Notes: a model not told the origin generated them from the letters alone. Shown: positions 17,406-27,459, counted from the stretch's first letter. The stretch is DNA of 43,805 nucleotides from a bacterium (GCA_021792615.1 JAJYUJ010000022.1:1-43805); one strand, 5' to 3'. Numbers and translations are program-made.

Positions 17406-18104
17406 TTACTTGTGCCGCCGTTTGTGTTCGATGTCCTGTCCGTGATGCTTATCTTGCTCTTGACCGTATATAATATCGTGAGTGATACCTTTAAACAATT
17501 CCTTGATTTCTTCGGTCGAGACAGGTTTCACCCAATTTATATTTTGTTCTATGAGTCCGTAATCAAAATCCGTTAAACGTTTTGCAATGAATGGAGGGCT
17601 TATGCCGGCTGCCTTGCTATCCGCATCGAGTAATGCCTTTTTTATATCCAGCCCGTCCCTGAGCAGAAAGAAAATGTCTACCATGTCCTTTGGTTCTTCC
17701 CGGCCAATCAACGCAGTCAATTTGTTCGCAAGAATGTTGTCTTTAGAGTCTAAAATACCAAGGACGGGGTGGTCTACCAACTTACCGATATGCGAAGGCA
17801 CGTCATTTATTAGCTCTATTTTAAGGTTATTTTTCTCTACATAAACTCTCGCAAAATTTGTCTCTTCTTTATCAATTTCAAGGTCTGGAAATATCAAGGT
17901 TAATTTTTCGATCTGTTTCTTTGTAATTCTTTGAAAATCGGGGTGGTCGTTCACAAAATAATCAAGATCATCTGAATACCTATGATTGTAATACCCTCTT
18001 GAGAGCGCTGTGCCGCCGGTAAGATAGAAGGGTGAGTCCCTGAATACGGTGATTACTTTATCCTGTATGGGATAAAGAACCTGTGTGTAGTATTCTGCAC
18101 GCAA
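17406..18104 (-). CDS. AbiEii-like nucleotidyltransferase (DUF1814-like motif).
   Basis: 232 aa. FYLTGGTALSRGYYNHRYSDDLDYF matches the GGTAL...R.S.DLDF NTase signature seen in the gene at 4416-5216. Confidence 0.55.
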   Translation of the reverse strand: MRAEYYTQVLYPIQDKVITVFRDSPFYLTGGTALSRGYYNHRYSDDLDYFVNDHPDFQRITKKQIEKLTLIFPDLEIDKEETNFARVYVEKNNLKIELINDVPSHIGKLVDHPVLGILDSKDNILANKLTALIGREEPKDMVDIFFLLRDGLDIKKALLDADSKAAGISPPFIAKRLTDFDYGLIEQNINWVKPVSTEEIKELFKGITHDIIYGQEQDKHHGQDIEHKRRHK

Positions 18105-18372
18105 AGTCCATACCTTCTTTTGTGTAATCTCCTCTTACCAGTCGCTTTACTTCGGGGGTCCATAAGGCGCATATCTCCTCCGGCTTAAAGACCTTAACAA
18201 TCCTGTACCAATTGACATAATTTATCAGCCTTGCTACGCAAAACGCCCTTGTAGGCCACTTTGGTGCGCTCCGGCCTTTTATAATATCGTAAAACTCCTC
18301 TGGTGTCTCCGGCCTGTCCCAAAGGCACTTTTTAAGTATTTGTTTCTGTTCTTTTGTGAGCTTTTCGTTCAT
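18058..18372 (-). CDS. Hypothetical 104-aa protein. Candidate cognate partner (antitoxin) of the downstream NTase. Not AbiEi-like.
   Basis: Overlaps the NTase gene by 47 nt in a different frame, on the same strand. Basic, with conserved Trp residues. No recognisable HTH. Confidence 0.4.
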   Translation of the reverse strand: MNEKLTKEQKQILKKCLWDRPETPEEFYDIIKGRSAPKWPTRAFCVARLINYVNWYRIVKVFKPEEICALWTPEVKRLVRGDYTKEGMDFACRILHTGSLSHTG

Positions 18373-18463
18373 GTTATGAATTATAGCACGCCTTAGGAAT
18401 TTTTCAATAACAAGATCGTAGACCCTTTCGCCAGTTTGATCGGCATGATGTTTCTCTGTTTTT

Positions 18464-18585
18464 TAGATTCTTCGGCTGCGCCCCGGGATGACAATCGCCG
18501 TACCATTGGCAAGCTCCGGTCTTTTCAGGTTGTCCGACAATTCAAAATTATCAAGTCTGTCATTCTGAACGAAGTGAAGAATCTA
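18464..18585. repeat. Inverted-pair short repeat element, family GTCATT...AATCTA, copy B.
   Basis: Left arm tagattcttcggctgcgccccgggatgac (18464-18491) and right arm gtcattctgaacgaagtgaagaatcta (18559-18585) are inverted copies of one about 28-nt unit. The termini match the element at 3865-3970. Confidence 0.45.
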
Positions 18586-18681
18586 ACGCGGGTAAACCCG
18601 TGGTTTTCTGCGTAGGTGTACAAATGCACAAGGACCGCGTTTCATTGACTATACGGTAATAACGATGTTATTTTAAATGTT

Positions 18682-19914
18682 ATGATCAGCAAACGAATAC
18701 TTGTTATGATCCTTGCCGGTGGTGAAGGCAAAAGGCTGCACCCTCTTACGCAGGACAGGGCAAAGCCTGCCGTCCCCTTCGGGGGCAGGTACAGGATCAT
18801 AGACTTCGTTTTGAGCAATTTCATAAACTCCGGCTTCTACAAGATCAAAGTCCTCACGCAGTACAAATCCGAGTCGCTGAATTCGCACATAGCACGGGCA
18901 TGGCACCTCTCCCCTTCCATAGGACATTCTATCGACCTCGTTCCTGCACAGATGCGTATCGGGAAGGATTGGTACAAGGGCACTACAGACGCCGTTTATC
19001 AAAACATAAACCTTATTCACGATGAACGTCCCGACCTCGTATGCATTTTCGGCGGGGACCACGTTTACAAGATGGATGTGAGGCAGATGATAGACTTCCA
19101 TATAAAAAAGGGTGCACAGATCACGGTCGAGGCCGTTCCGTATCCATTGAAAGAGGCGAGTTCTTACGGTATCATAGAGATCGACCGGGACTACAACATA
19201 ACGGGGTTTAAAGAAAAACCGCAGCATCCGAAGCCCATGCCGAACAGGATGGACATGGCACTCTGTTCCATGGGCAATTACATTTTCAACACGGATGTGC
19301 TTTTGAAAATGCTTGCGGATGATGCAAAGAAAGACTCAAGCCATGACTTCGGCAGGGATTTGATTCCGTCCGCTGTAAAGTCTCATGCGGTAAAAGCGTA
19401 TGACTTTTCAAAAAACATCATCCCCGGTGAAAGCAAAGAGGCAGCAGGTTACTGGAGGGATGTCGGCGAAATAGACAGCTACTGGCAGGCAAATATGGAC
19501 CTTGTTTCCGTAACACCAAGGCTTAACCTGTATAACTTTGAATGGCCCATCAGGACCTTTTATCCACCCTACCCTCCCGCAAAATTCGTATTCGCGGATG
19601 AAGACACCAAAAGGATCGGTATAGCAACGGACTCCATGGTTGCCGAAGGTTGTATCATCAGCGGAGGACAGATAAACAGGACGATTCTTTTCCCCGGCGT
19701 AAGAATAAATTCATTTTCCACGGTGGAGGATTCGGTATTGTTCGAGAGGGTCGATGTCGGCAGGTACGCGAGGATCAGGCGGGCTATCATTGATAAGGAC
19801 GTGAAAATCATGCAGAATGTAACAATCGGCTACGACCCCGAAAAGGACAAAAAGAGGTTTACTGTTTCGGAGAAAGGCATCGTCATTATTCCTAAAGGGA
19901 CTGTTGTGGATTGA
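18682..19914 (+). CDS. glgC: Glucose-1-phosphate adenylyltransferase.
   Basis: ILAGGEGKRLHPLTQDRAKPAVPFGGRYRIIDFVLSNFINSG is a near-identical match to the GlgC N-terminal motif block. 410 aa. Confidence 0.9.
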   Translation: MISKRILVMILAGGEGKRLHPLTQDRAKPAVPFGGRYRIIDFVLSNFINSGFYKIKVLTQYKSESLNSHIARAWHLSPSIGHSIDLVPAQMRIGKDWYKGTTDAVYQNINLIHDERPDLVCIFGGDHVYKMDVRQMIDFHIKKGAQITVEAVPYPLKEASSYGIIEIDRDYNITGFKEKPQHPKPMPNRMDMALCSMGNYIFNTDVLLKMLADDAKKDSSHDFGRDLIPSAVKSHAVKAYDFSKNIIPGESKEAAGYWRDVGEIDSYWQANMDLVSVTPRLNLYNFEWPIRTFYPPYPPAKFVFADEDTKRIGIATDSMVAEGCIISGGQINRTILFPGVRINSFSTVEDSVLFERVDVGRYARIRRAIIDKDVKIMQNVTIGYDPEKDKKRFTVSEKGIVIIPKGTVVD

Positions 19915-19915
19915 T

Positions 19916-22093
19916 ATGCCTGAACTCTATGTATCCTTTCTCTGGCACATGCACCAGCCTGTATACAAGGACCCGTTTACCGGGAAGTATACCCTTCCCT
20001 GGGTGAGACTCCATGCGGTAAAGGCATACTACGATATGCCTTCAGTGCTGAAAAGCTATCCCGGCATAAAGGTCAACATCAATCTCGTGCCCTCCCTCGT
20101 CGAACAATTGGCGGATTATGCATCCGGGAATGCACAGGATGTTTTCTATGAATACTCCGCAAAACCTGCCGCTGATCTGGACAAAGACGAAAGGGCTTTT
20201 ATACTGAAGTACTTTTTCATGGGCAACTGGGAAACCATGATAAAACCATATCCCCGCTATTTTGAGCTGCTCCTCAAACGCGGCAAGGGTACCGATGAAA
20301 TTGATATAGAAAATACGATAAATACCTTCAACAAGCAGGACTTTCTCGACATCCAGGTATGGTTCAACCTTTCATGGTTCGGATTTACAGCACTTCTCGA
20401 TTATCCGGAGCTTGCAAGATTAAAGGAAAAGCAGAGGGGCTTCACAGAACAGGACAAGAAGTTTGTCCTTGATACGCAGATGGACATCATAAAGAAGCTG
20501 TTCCCCCTTTATAAAGAGATGCAGAAAAGCGGACAGATAGAGATAACGACAAGCCCGTTCTACCACACCATTATGCCTCTTTTGTATGATTCGGATACGG
20601 CACACCGGTGCATGCCCAGGGCTGTACTGCCCAAAAGGGTAAGTTTCCCGGAAGACGTGCTGTCACAGCTCAAGCTGGGCAGGCAGTTTATCATCGATCA
20701 TCTCGGTATCGAACCGAAAGGGCTCTGGCCTTCCGAGGGATCCGTATCACCCGAAATCATACCTCTTGTAAAAGAGGCGGGGTTTGAATGGATGGTCACC
20801 GATGAAGATATACTGTTTGCATCCATTAACAGGGATCGTGCAGGCGAACTTTTGTATAAGCCCTACGTTGCAACCTACAAAAATGCCGGTATACCCGTCC
20901 TTTTCAGGGACAAAGGCATCTCAAATTTCATAAGCTTCGATTGTGCACGGTATTCCTTGAGGGAAGAGGCCGTGGAAGAGTTAAGAAGACAGATTATGGG
21001 CGTAAAGTCATATCTTTCGGACAAAAACATGGATGGTATTGTGGTCATTGCGCTTGATGGTGAAAACCCGTGGGAATACTATCTCTACAGCGGCAAAAGG
21101 TTCCTCAACAGCATGTATGATGCCCTGAGTAAAAGCCAGGGCATAAAAACAACAACCATTTCTGCCTATCTTGAAACCCATGCGCCCGCGGACAAAATAG
21201 ACAATCTTTACACCGGCTCATGGATAAACAAACGGTTCGATATTTGGATTGGACAGGAGGAAAAGAACCTTGCATGGGATTATCTTGCTTCGACCCGGGA
21301 GTATCTCAAGCAGAATGCAAACGGACTTACTCAGGAACAATTGAATACAGCCTTGAAATACCTGTACGCTGCAGAAGGGAGTGACTGGTTCTGGTGGTAT
21401 GGAGATACCTTTTACACGGTCAACGAAGAAGAATTCGACCGGTTATTCCGGAAAAATCTCAAAAAGGTGCTTGAGATAATAAAAAAGCCCATGCTCGATT
21501 TCCTCCATACCCCGGTCATCGCACTTTCCGAAACCCAGTTCAACGCACAACCGCTTAATTTCATAACACCGGTGCTTGACGGTATACCTACGGATTATTA
21601 CGAGTGGGAAGGCAGTTCCATAAGCTACTCCACATCCATTGCGGGGAGGCATAACCCAGAGCCTTTCATCCATAAAATATATTACGGCTTTGACCTCAAC
21701 AATCTTTATATCCGGTTCGATCACAACATAGAAAAGATCAAAAATGAAAAATACAACGTGTACTTCGCAATAAACATCTTTGACCACAGCTTCGAATACC
21801 GCATTGTTATCCCCATAAAACACCTGCTGGATACAAAACCGTACTATGAGCTGCACTATGCAAAGGACCAGATTGTATTTGAATTCGTTAAGGTCAGTGA
21901 AGCGATTGCCATAAAAAAGATCATCGAATTGAAAATTCCCTTTGCAGACATAAGTGCATCACCGAACATGAAGCTCAACATGATCATCAGTGCAAGGGAC
22001 GGTGATGTGGAACTCGAGAAGTATCCTGCAAAAGGCATCATAAGTATTATTGTGCCCGATCGGGACTACACAAATAAAATGTGGAGCGTGTAA
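19916..22093 (+). CDS. Glycoside hydrolase family 57 (GH57) protein, alpha-amylase / branching-enzyme-like.
   Basis: N-terminus MPELYVSFLWHMHQPVYKD, the GH57 HxHQP motif. Start placed at the ATG at 19916, just after the glgC stop; the track ORF begins 12 nt earlier. 725 aa. Confidence 0.8.
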   Translation: MPELYVSFLWHMHQPVYKDPFTGKYTLPWVRLHAVKAYYDMPSVLKSYPGIKVNINLVPSLVEQLADYASGNAQDVFYEYSAKPAADLDKDERAFILKYFFMGNWETMIKPYPRYFELLLKRGKGTDEIDIENTINTFNKQDFLDIQVWFNLSWFGFTALLDYPELARLKEKQRGFTEQDKKFVLDTQMDIIKKLFPLYKEMQKSGQIEITTSPFYHTIMPLLYDSDTAHRCMPRAVLPKRVSFPEDVLSQLKLGRQFIIDHLGIEPKGLWPSEGSVSPEIIPLVKEAGFEWMVTDEDILFASINRDRAGELLYKPYVATYKNAGIPVLFRDKGISNFISFDCARYSLREEAVEELRRQIMGVKSYLSDKNMDGIVVIALDGENPWEYYLYSGKRFLNSMYDALSKSQGIKTTTISAYLETHAPADKIDNLYTGSWINKRFDIWIGQEEKNLAWDYLASTREYLKQNANGLTQEQLNTALKYLYAAEGSDWFWWYGDTFYTVNEEEFDRLFRKNLKKVLEIIKKPMLDFLHTPVIALSETQFNAQPLNFITPVLDGIPTDYYEWEGSSISYSTSIAGRHNPEPFIHKIYYGFDLNNLYIRFDHNIEKIKNEKYNVYFAINIFDHSFEYRIVIPIKHLLDTKPYYELHYAKDQIVFEFVKVSEAIAIKKIIELKIPFADISASPNMKLNMIISARDGDVELEKYPAKGIISIIVPDRDYTNKMWSV

Positions 22094-24249
22094 TGGGCAA
22101 GTTTCAATTTCATTTTACCGTTCACTGCCATCAGCCGGTCGGTAATTTTGACGGCGTCTTCAGGGAGGCTTTCGAGAAAAGCTACAAGCCGCTCATAAAG
22201 ACCCTGATACGGCATCCTGCCGTAAAGTTCGGGCTTCATATATCCGGACCCGTATGGGATTGGATTGGAGCAAACGAACCAGCGTTCATAGCGGACATAG
22301 AACGGCTGACGGACAGGGACCAGGTAGAAATAATCTCCGGCGGCTATTATGAGCCCATACTTGAAATCCTGACACAGCAGGATGCGATCGGCCAGATCGA
22401 ATTGATGAATAAATTTATCAGGACAAGGTTCAAGCAGAACCCAAAAGGTATATGGCTTACCGAAAGGGTCTGGGACCCGTCTCTCCCCGTATTGCTTTCA
22501 GGGCTCGGGATCAAATACACGACCGTCGATGATACGCATTTTTACTATGCGGGTCTGGAAGAAAAAGACATACACGGCTTCTACATTACAGAGCGTGCGG
22601 GACACCCGCTGAATATTTTTCCCATTCAGAAACAACTGCGGTATGCCATACCGTTCAAAGAGCCGTCGCAGGTCATCGACATTTTGAAAAAATACAGGGA
22701 TACGGGTACGATACATTCCGTAACGTATGCCGACGACGGGGAGAAATTCGGACTCTGGCCCGGTACCTACAAATGGGTTTTTGAAGAAGGCTGGTTAGAG
22801 CGTTTCCTGACGGACCTTGAAAAGAACATGGACTGGCTGAGCATGACAACCCAGGCCGAAGATATTGAATCGAACAGGCCTACCGGCAGGATATACATAC
22901 CCTCTGCCTCGTACGAGGAGCTGCTTGAGTGGGCATTACCCGTGGAGGCAGCTACAAAATTCAAATTATTCAAGTCGTCTTTGAGTACTATCGGCGCGGA
23001 AGAATGCTGCAATCCATTCATACGGGGCGGGTTCTGGGATAACTTCCTCGTAAAATACCCGGAAAGTAATTGGATGCATAAAAGGATGCTCCTGGTAAGC
23101 ACGATGCTTGCAACCATAGAAAGCAGGATTGGCCTTCAACTGGACGATGCAAGGACCGAGCTTTTCAAGTCCCAGTCCAACTGTGTCTATTGGCATGGGC
23201 TGTTCGGGGGGGTTTATTTAAACTACTTAAGGCATGCGGTATTCGAACATCTTCTCAAGGCAGAGGCATTGATAGATACGCACAGGCCCCAATCGAACGG
23301 TATTTCCTACACCGAACAGGACATCGATCTTGACGGCATGAACGAAATTATACTCAAAAACAAACACCTCGCCCTGTACATAGCCCCGTCAAAAGGCGGA
23401 GCACTGCTTGAGATCGATGTGCGGGATCATCATTTCAATATCACCAATGTTATGACACGGCGCAAAGAAGCCTATCATGAAATTATCGCGGACAAACAAA
23501 CGCACCACTCTTCCACACTGTCACCGGTAACGATTCACGACATGACAAATGTAAAGGAAGATTCCCTCGATCAAAAATTGATTTATGACTGGCACCCCCG
23601 GTACAGTTTTGTGGAGCATTTCCTTCCGTCCCAAACCCTTGAATTGGACAGGTTGCATAAGAATCAATACATAGACCTCGGTGATTTCACCCTTGAACAG
23701 TATACCCTCGTTCAACACGAGGGTAACACGGTTTTACTGTCGAGAGACGGACATCTGTTGTACGGCAGCGGAAAGCATTCTCTCAGGATCGAGAAAAGCT
23801 ACCGGGTGTTAGAAAAAAGGCTCGAAGCAGGCTACAGGGTCACCAATACTTCCGATCAAAAGTTCGAGATATCGATGCTCATCGAATTGAATCTGACCTT
23901 ACTTGGCACCGACGGCCAGCGTTCCCTCATCATCAACAGGGATGGTGAAAAAGATATGAAAGGCATGGGCGACTATCTGAAATACGGCAAGATAGACAGC
24001 CTTGAACTTTTGGATCAATGGCAGAGACTCGGCATAAAGATATCAACGCCGTCATTATCCTCTTTGTTTACCTACCCGATAGAAACGGTTTCGGCATCGG
24101 AAGACGGCCTTGAAAAGACGTATCAGGGAACATGTTTCCTGCTTGTCTACGAACTGCATATGGCACCGGCAGAAAGTAAAGGTATCACTCTGCCTGTTGA
24201 TTTTTACCCCGTGAGAAACCCGGGAGACAAAAATGGTACACCGGATTGA
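22093..24249 (+). CDS. GH57 4-alpha-glucanotransferase-like (amylomaltase-type) enzyme.
   Basis: N-terminus MGKFQFHFTVHCHQPVGNFDGVFREAFEKSYKPL resembles Thermococcus-type GH57 4-alpha-glucanotransferases. TAATG overlap with the upstream gene and a GGAG 7 nt upstream. The track ORF starts at 22081. Confidence 0.75.
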   Translation: MGKFQFHFTVHCHQPVGNFDGVFREAFEKSYKPLIKTLIRHPAVKFGLHISGPVWDWIGANEPAFIADIERLTDRDQVEIISGGYYEPILEILTQQDAIGQIELMNKFIRTRFKQNPKGIWLTERVWDPSLPVLLSGLGIKYTTVDDTHFYYAGLEEKDIHGFYITERAGHPLNIFPIQKQLRYAIPFKEPSQVIDILKKYRDTGTIHSVTYADDGEKFGLWPGTYKWVFEEGWLERFLTDLEKNMDWLSMTTQAEDIESNRPTGRIYIPSASYEELLEWALPVEAATKFKLFKSSLSTIGAEECCNPFIRGGFWDNFLVKYPESNWMHKRMLLVSTMLATIESRIGLQLDDARTELFKSQSNCVYWHGLFGGVYLNYLRHAVFEHLLKAEALIDTHRPQSNGISYTEQDIDLDGMNEIILKNKHLALYIAPSKGGALLEIDVRDHHFNITNVMTRRKEAYHEIIADKQTHHSSTLSPVTIHDMTNVKEDSLDQKLIYDWHPRYSFVEHFLPSQTLELDRLHKNQYIDLGDFTLEQYTLVQHEGNTVLLSRDGHLLYGSGKHSLRIEKSYRVLEKRLEAGYRVTNTSDQKFEISMLIELNLTLLGTDGQRSLIINRDGEKDMKGMGDYLKYGKIDSLELLDQWQRLGIKISTPSLSSLFTYPIETVSASEDGLEKTYQGTCFLLVYELHMAPAESKGITLPVDFYPVRNPGDKNGTPD

Positions 24250-24314
24250 TAAAAGCATTTTCTGTTTCTAACGGACTCAATGTGTGGTAAGAGGAGTCCA
24301 AAGAGGAGAATGGA

Positions 24315-25313
24315 ATGTCTGAATTAAGAAAAGATCCGATTTTAGGAAGATGGGTGATTATATCGACCGAGCGCTCGAAAAGGCCGACTGACTTCAACAA
24401 TAAAAATAGAGAAAAAACAAACAATGCATTTTGTCCGTTCGATTACGGCAATGAGGACAAAACTCCCCACGAGATTCTTGCCATCAGAAAAGACGGCAGC
24501 CATGCGGATAAACCGGGCTGGTCGTTACGCGTTGTCCCGAACAAATTTCCGGCACTTCAGATAGAAGGAGACCTGAACAGGGAAGGCAACGGCATGTATG
24601 ACAAGATGAACGGCATAGGAGCGCACGAGGTAATCATCGAGACCAACGAACACAACAAGATAATGTCCGCTTTCACCGCAGCGACCATGAAGGATATCCT
24701 CTGGACGTACCGGGAGAGGATCCGGGATTTGAAACGCGACAACAGGTTCAAGTATATACTGATATTCAAAAACCAGGGAGAGGCAGCAGGCGCATCGCTC
24801 GAACACACGCATTCACAATTAATCGCATTACCCATTATCCCCATAGCAGTGGAGGAAGAACTCCACGGTTCGAAGGATTACTATGAGTATAAGGAGCGGT
24901 GCATATTCTGCGATATGATACGCCAGGAAATAACAGAAAAAGACAGACTGGTAACACAGAACGTGGATTTTATCGCATTTACACCGTACGCTTCCAGGTT
25001 CCCGTTCGAGACATGGCTCCTGCCGAGACGGCATTTTTCTCACTATGAAACCATATCGAATGACCTGCTCGAGAGCCTGTCAAACATATTCCTCGAGGTC
25101 ATCGGCAAGCTCGATAAAGCACTGAACTATCCCTCTTTCAATTTTATGCTCCACACATCACCGCTCACGCTGGATCAGTGCGAGTATTATCACTGGCATT
25201 TCGAGATCATACCTGTCCTTACCAAGGTAGCCGGCTTTGAATGGGGAACGGGCTTCTTCATAAATCCAACATCGCCGGAACAGGCAGCCGCCTATTTAAG
25301 GGAGATATCATGA
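24315..25313 (+). CDS. GalT-like (HIT superfamily) nucleotidyltransferase/phosphorylase: a galactose-1-phosphate uridylyltransferase family protein, possibly ADP-glucose-acting.
   Basis: AGAGGAGA RBS. The active-site HxHxQ is present as LEHTHSQLIALP. 332 aa. Stop/start overlap ATGA with glgA. Confidence 0.75.
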   Translation: MSELRKDPILGRWVIISTERSKRPTDFNNKNREKTNNAFCPFDYGNEDKTPHEILAIRKDGSHADKPGWSLRVVPNKFPALQIEGDLNREGNGMYDKMNGIGAHEVIIETNEHNKIMSAFTAATMKDILWTYRERIRDLKRDNRFKYILIFKNQGEAAGASLEHTHSQLIALPIIPIAVEEELHGSKDYYEYKERCIFCDMIRQEITEKDRLVTQNVDFIAFTPYASRFPFETWLLPRRHFSHYETISNDLLESLSNIFLEVIGKLDKALNYPSFNFMLHTSPLTLDQCEYYHWHFEIIPVLTKVAGFEWGTGFFINPTSPEQAAAYLREIS

Positions 25314-26782
25314 TCATAGTTCATGCAGGTTCGGAGGTTGTACCTTTTTCCAAGACCGGGGGACTCGCGGATGTATTGGGCTCATTGCCTCTTTCACTGG
25401 CAAAGAAAGGCCATGACGTGCTGATCGTGTCACCGCTGTATAAGTCCGTTGCGGAAAAGTTCAGGCCCGAGAAGCAAAACATATCATTCAGCATCAGGCT
25501 GAATGATCAAGTCATACCGGCAACTATTTACTCGATAAAGATCAACGAACACGCAACCGCATACTTTATCGGCAATGATGCATTATTCATGAGGGACGGA
25601 CTCTACGTGGACAAGAACGGCATCGACTATCCTGACAATGCAAAAAGGTTCATATTTTTCTCAAGGTCGGTCCTGGAACTCATAAAACAATTGAATAGTA
25701 AACCCGATGTTATCCACACCCATGACTGGCAGGCAGGGCTTGTCCCTGTTTATATGAAAACGCTGTACAGAAATTATTTCAGCGGTACCGCATCCGTGTT
25801 CACCATACATAATATAGGTTATCAGGGCCTGTTCTGGCACTTCGATATGCCGCTGACAGGGCTCGGCTGGGAACATTTTACAAGCGACGGGCTTGAATTC
25901 TATGGAAAGCTCAGCTTACTCAAGGCCGGCAGTGTGTTTGCAGACGCAGTTACGACGGTAAGTCCGACGTACAGCAAGGAGATCCTGACACCGGAGTTCG
26001 GATACAGGATGGATGGCGTATTAAAGACAAGGAAGCCGGATCTGTTCGGTATACTCAACGGTGTCGACTACGAACAGTGGAACCCGGAGCACGACCGGTT
26101 TATACCGCATCAATACAGCGCGGATACCTTAGAGGTAAAACAAGACAATAAAATGACCCTGAACAGGATGTTCAATCTCGATGAGAGCGCCGCCCCGGTA
26201 ATCGGTATGATAACTCGGCTCGCACAGCAAAAGGGCATCGATCTCATTCTTGAGGCAATGGGCAGAATCATATCCATGGGATTTAAGTTCGTACTGCTCG
26301 GCAGCGGTGATAAACCGTATGAAGAGAAGATAAAGGATGCCGCTGCCCGCTATAACGGCAGGATGAGCGTCAAGATAGGCTTTGACAACAGCCTTGCTCA
26401 TCTCATAGAAGCTGGGGCGGACATCTTTCTTATGCCGTCGGTTTATGAACCGTGCGGGCTGAACCAGATGTACAGTCTGAAATACGGGACAGTACCCGTG
26501 GTCAGGTCTACCGGCGGTTTAAACGATACGGTCATGGAGTATAACCCGTCTTCGGAAAAAGGAAACGGGTTCAAGTTCAAAGATCAGAGTGCAGACCAGA
26601 TGCTGTCCGCCCTCAAAAAGGCAATGGATGTTTATCACGACAAACAGAGATGGCTGAGGCTTCTCAAGGCATGCATGTTGTATGATTTCTCATGGGACAG
26701 GAGTGCAGCAGATTACGAGCTTTTGTATAAAGCGTATGCGATAAAATCGTATTTACATGGACACCGCAGTTCATATACTTAA
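25310..26782 (+). CDS. glgA: Glycogen synthase (ADP-glucose type).
   Basis: MIIVHAGSEVVPFSKTGGLADVLGSLPLSLAKKGHDV is the GlgA N-terminal KTGGL motif. The true start is the ATG at 25310, not the upstream ORF start at 25241. Confidence 0.9.
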   Translation: MIIVHAGSEVVPFSKTGGLADVLGSLPLSLAKKGHDVLIVSPLYKSVAEKFRPEKQNISFSIRLNDQVIPATIYSIKINEHATAYFIGNDALFMRDGLYVDKNGIDYPDNAKRFIFFSRSVLELIKQLNSKPDVIHTHDWQAGLVPVYMKTLYRNYFSGTASVFTIHNIGYQGLFWHFDMPLTGLGWEHFTSDGLEFYGKLSLLKAGSVFADAVTTVSPTYSKEILTPEFGYRMDGVLKTRKPDLFGILNGVDYEQWNPEHDRFIPHQYSADTLEVKQDNKMTLNRMFNLDESAAPVIGMITRLAQQKGIDLILEAMGRIISMGFKFVLLGSGDKPYEEKIKDAAARYNGRMSVKIGFDNSLAHLIEAGADIFLMPSVYEPCGLNQMYSLKYGTVPVVRSTGGLNDTVMEYNPSSEKGNGFKFKDQSADQMLSALKKAMDVYHDKQRWLRLLKACMLYDFSWDRSAADYELLYKAYAIKSYLHGHRSSYT

Positions 26783-27419
26783 AAAATTTCCTTTTTTTTA
26801 TACGGTATCGGATGTCCTTCTCGAGAAGGTCGGCAACATAGGTATCGAAAAATCTTATGCAAAGGAAGAGTGTATATTTAACGAAGGGGAGCAACCGAAA
26901 GCAATGGGCCTGATCATCGAAGGCAGGATAAAGGTCGTCAGGCATTCACCGGAGGGCAAGGATGTCATTGTGCGCATCATAGATAAAGGTCAGATATTCG
27001 GAGAGGTCGCGGTATTCGATAATAAACCCTACCCTGCCGCAGCCATCGCAATGGTCGATACGAGGGCATTTGTGCTGGAGCGGTATAAGCTGATAGAGCT
27101 GCTCAATCATGAACCGCAGATAGCCCTTGATATTATTGCCGACCTCGGCCGCAAGCTCAGGGACATGCTGGACATGGTGAAAAACATCGCAACCGAGCAC
27201 GTGGACAGGCGGATCATTTTCACCCTCCTGAAGATGTATGAATCAAGCGGCAACCCGGTTTTAAAGGTAAAAAGACAGGATATAGCCGAGATGTGCGGTA
27301 CAACCGTTGAAACGACCATACGGATAACAAGAGAGCTTGAAAAAGAAGGTCTGATATCAACGGAGCGAGGCGGGATAACGCTCCTGAATACCGGGGCACT
27401 AACGCAAAAACTGCAATAG
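26757..27419 (+). CDS. Crp/Fnr-family transcriptional regulator (cNMP-binding domain plus C-terminal HTH).
   Basis: Cyclic-nucleotide-binding beta-roll pattern (FNEGEQ...GLIIEGRIKV.R...G.......GQIFGE) and a C-terminal HTH (RQDIAEMCGTTVETTIRITRELEKEGLI). Confidence 0.75.
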   Translation: MDTAVHILKKFPFFYTVSDVLLEKVGNIGIEKSYAKEECIFNEGEQPKAMGLIIEGRIKVVRHSPEGKDVIVRIIDKGQIFGEVAVFDNKPYPAAAIAMVDTRAFVLERYKLIELLNHEPQIALDIIADLGRKLRDMLDMVKNIATEHVDRRIIFTLLKMYESSGNPVLKVKRQDIAEMCGTTVETTIRITRELEKEGLISTERGGITLLNTGALTQKLQ

Positions 27420-27441
27420 AAAGAGGAACTTCTTTCGAGTG

Positions 27442-27459
27442 TCCCCCTGACAAGGGGGA
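27442..27459. terminator. GC-rich hairpin TCCCCC-tgacaa-GGGGGA between the convergent crp-like and apgM genes. No U-tract.
   Basis: Read directly. A 6-bp G/C stem located between two convergent genes. It is not a canonical intrinsic terminator. Confidence 0.2.

Noticed and set aside
17406-18372. Possibility that the 104-aa and 232-aa ORFs are one frameshifted AbiEii gene.
   Set aside because: The NTase motif sits at the normal distance from its own Met. The 104-aa product does not resemble an AbiEii N-terminus. A TA-type overlap is more parsimonious. It cannot be fully excluded without homologues.
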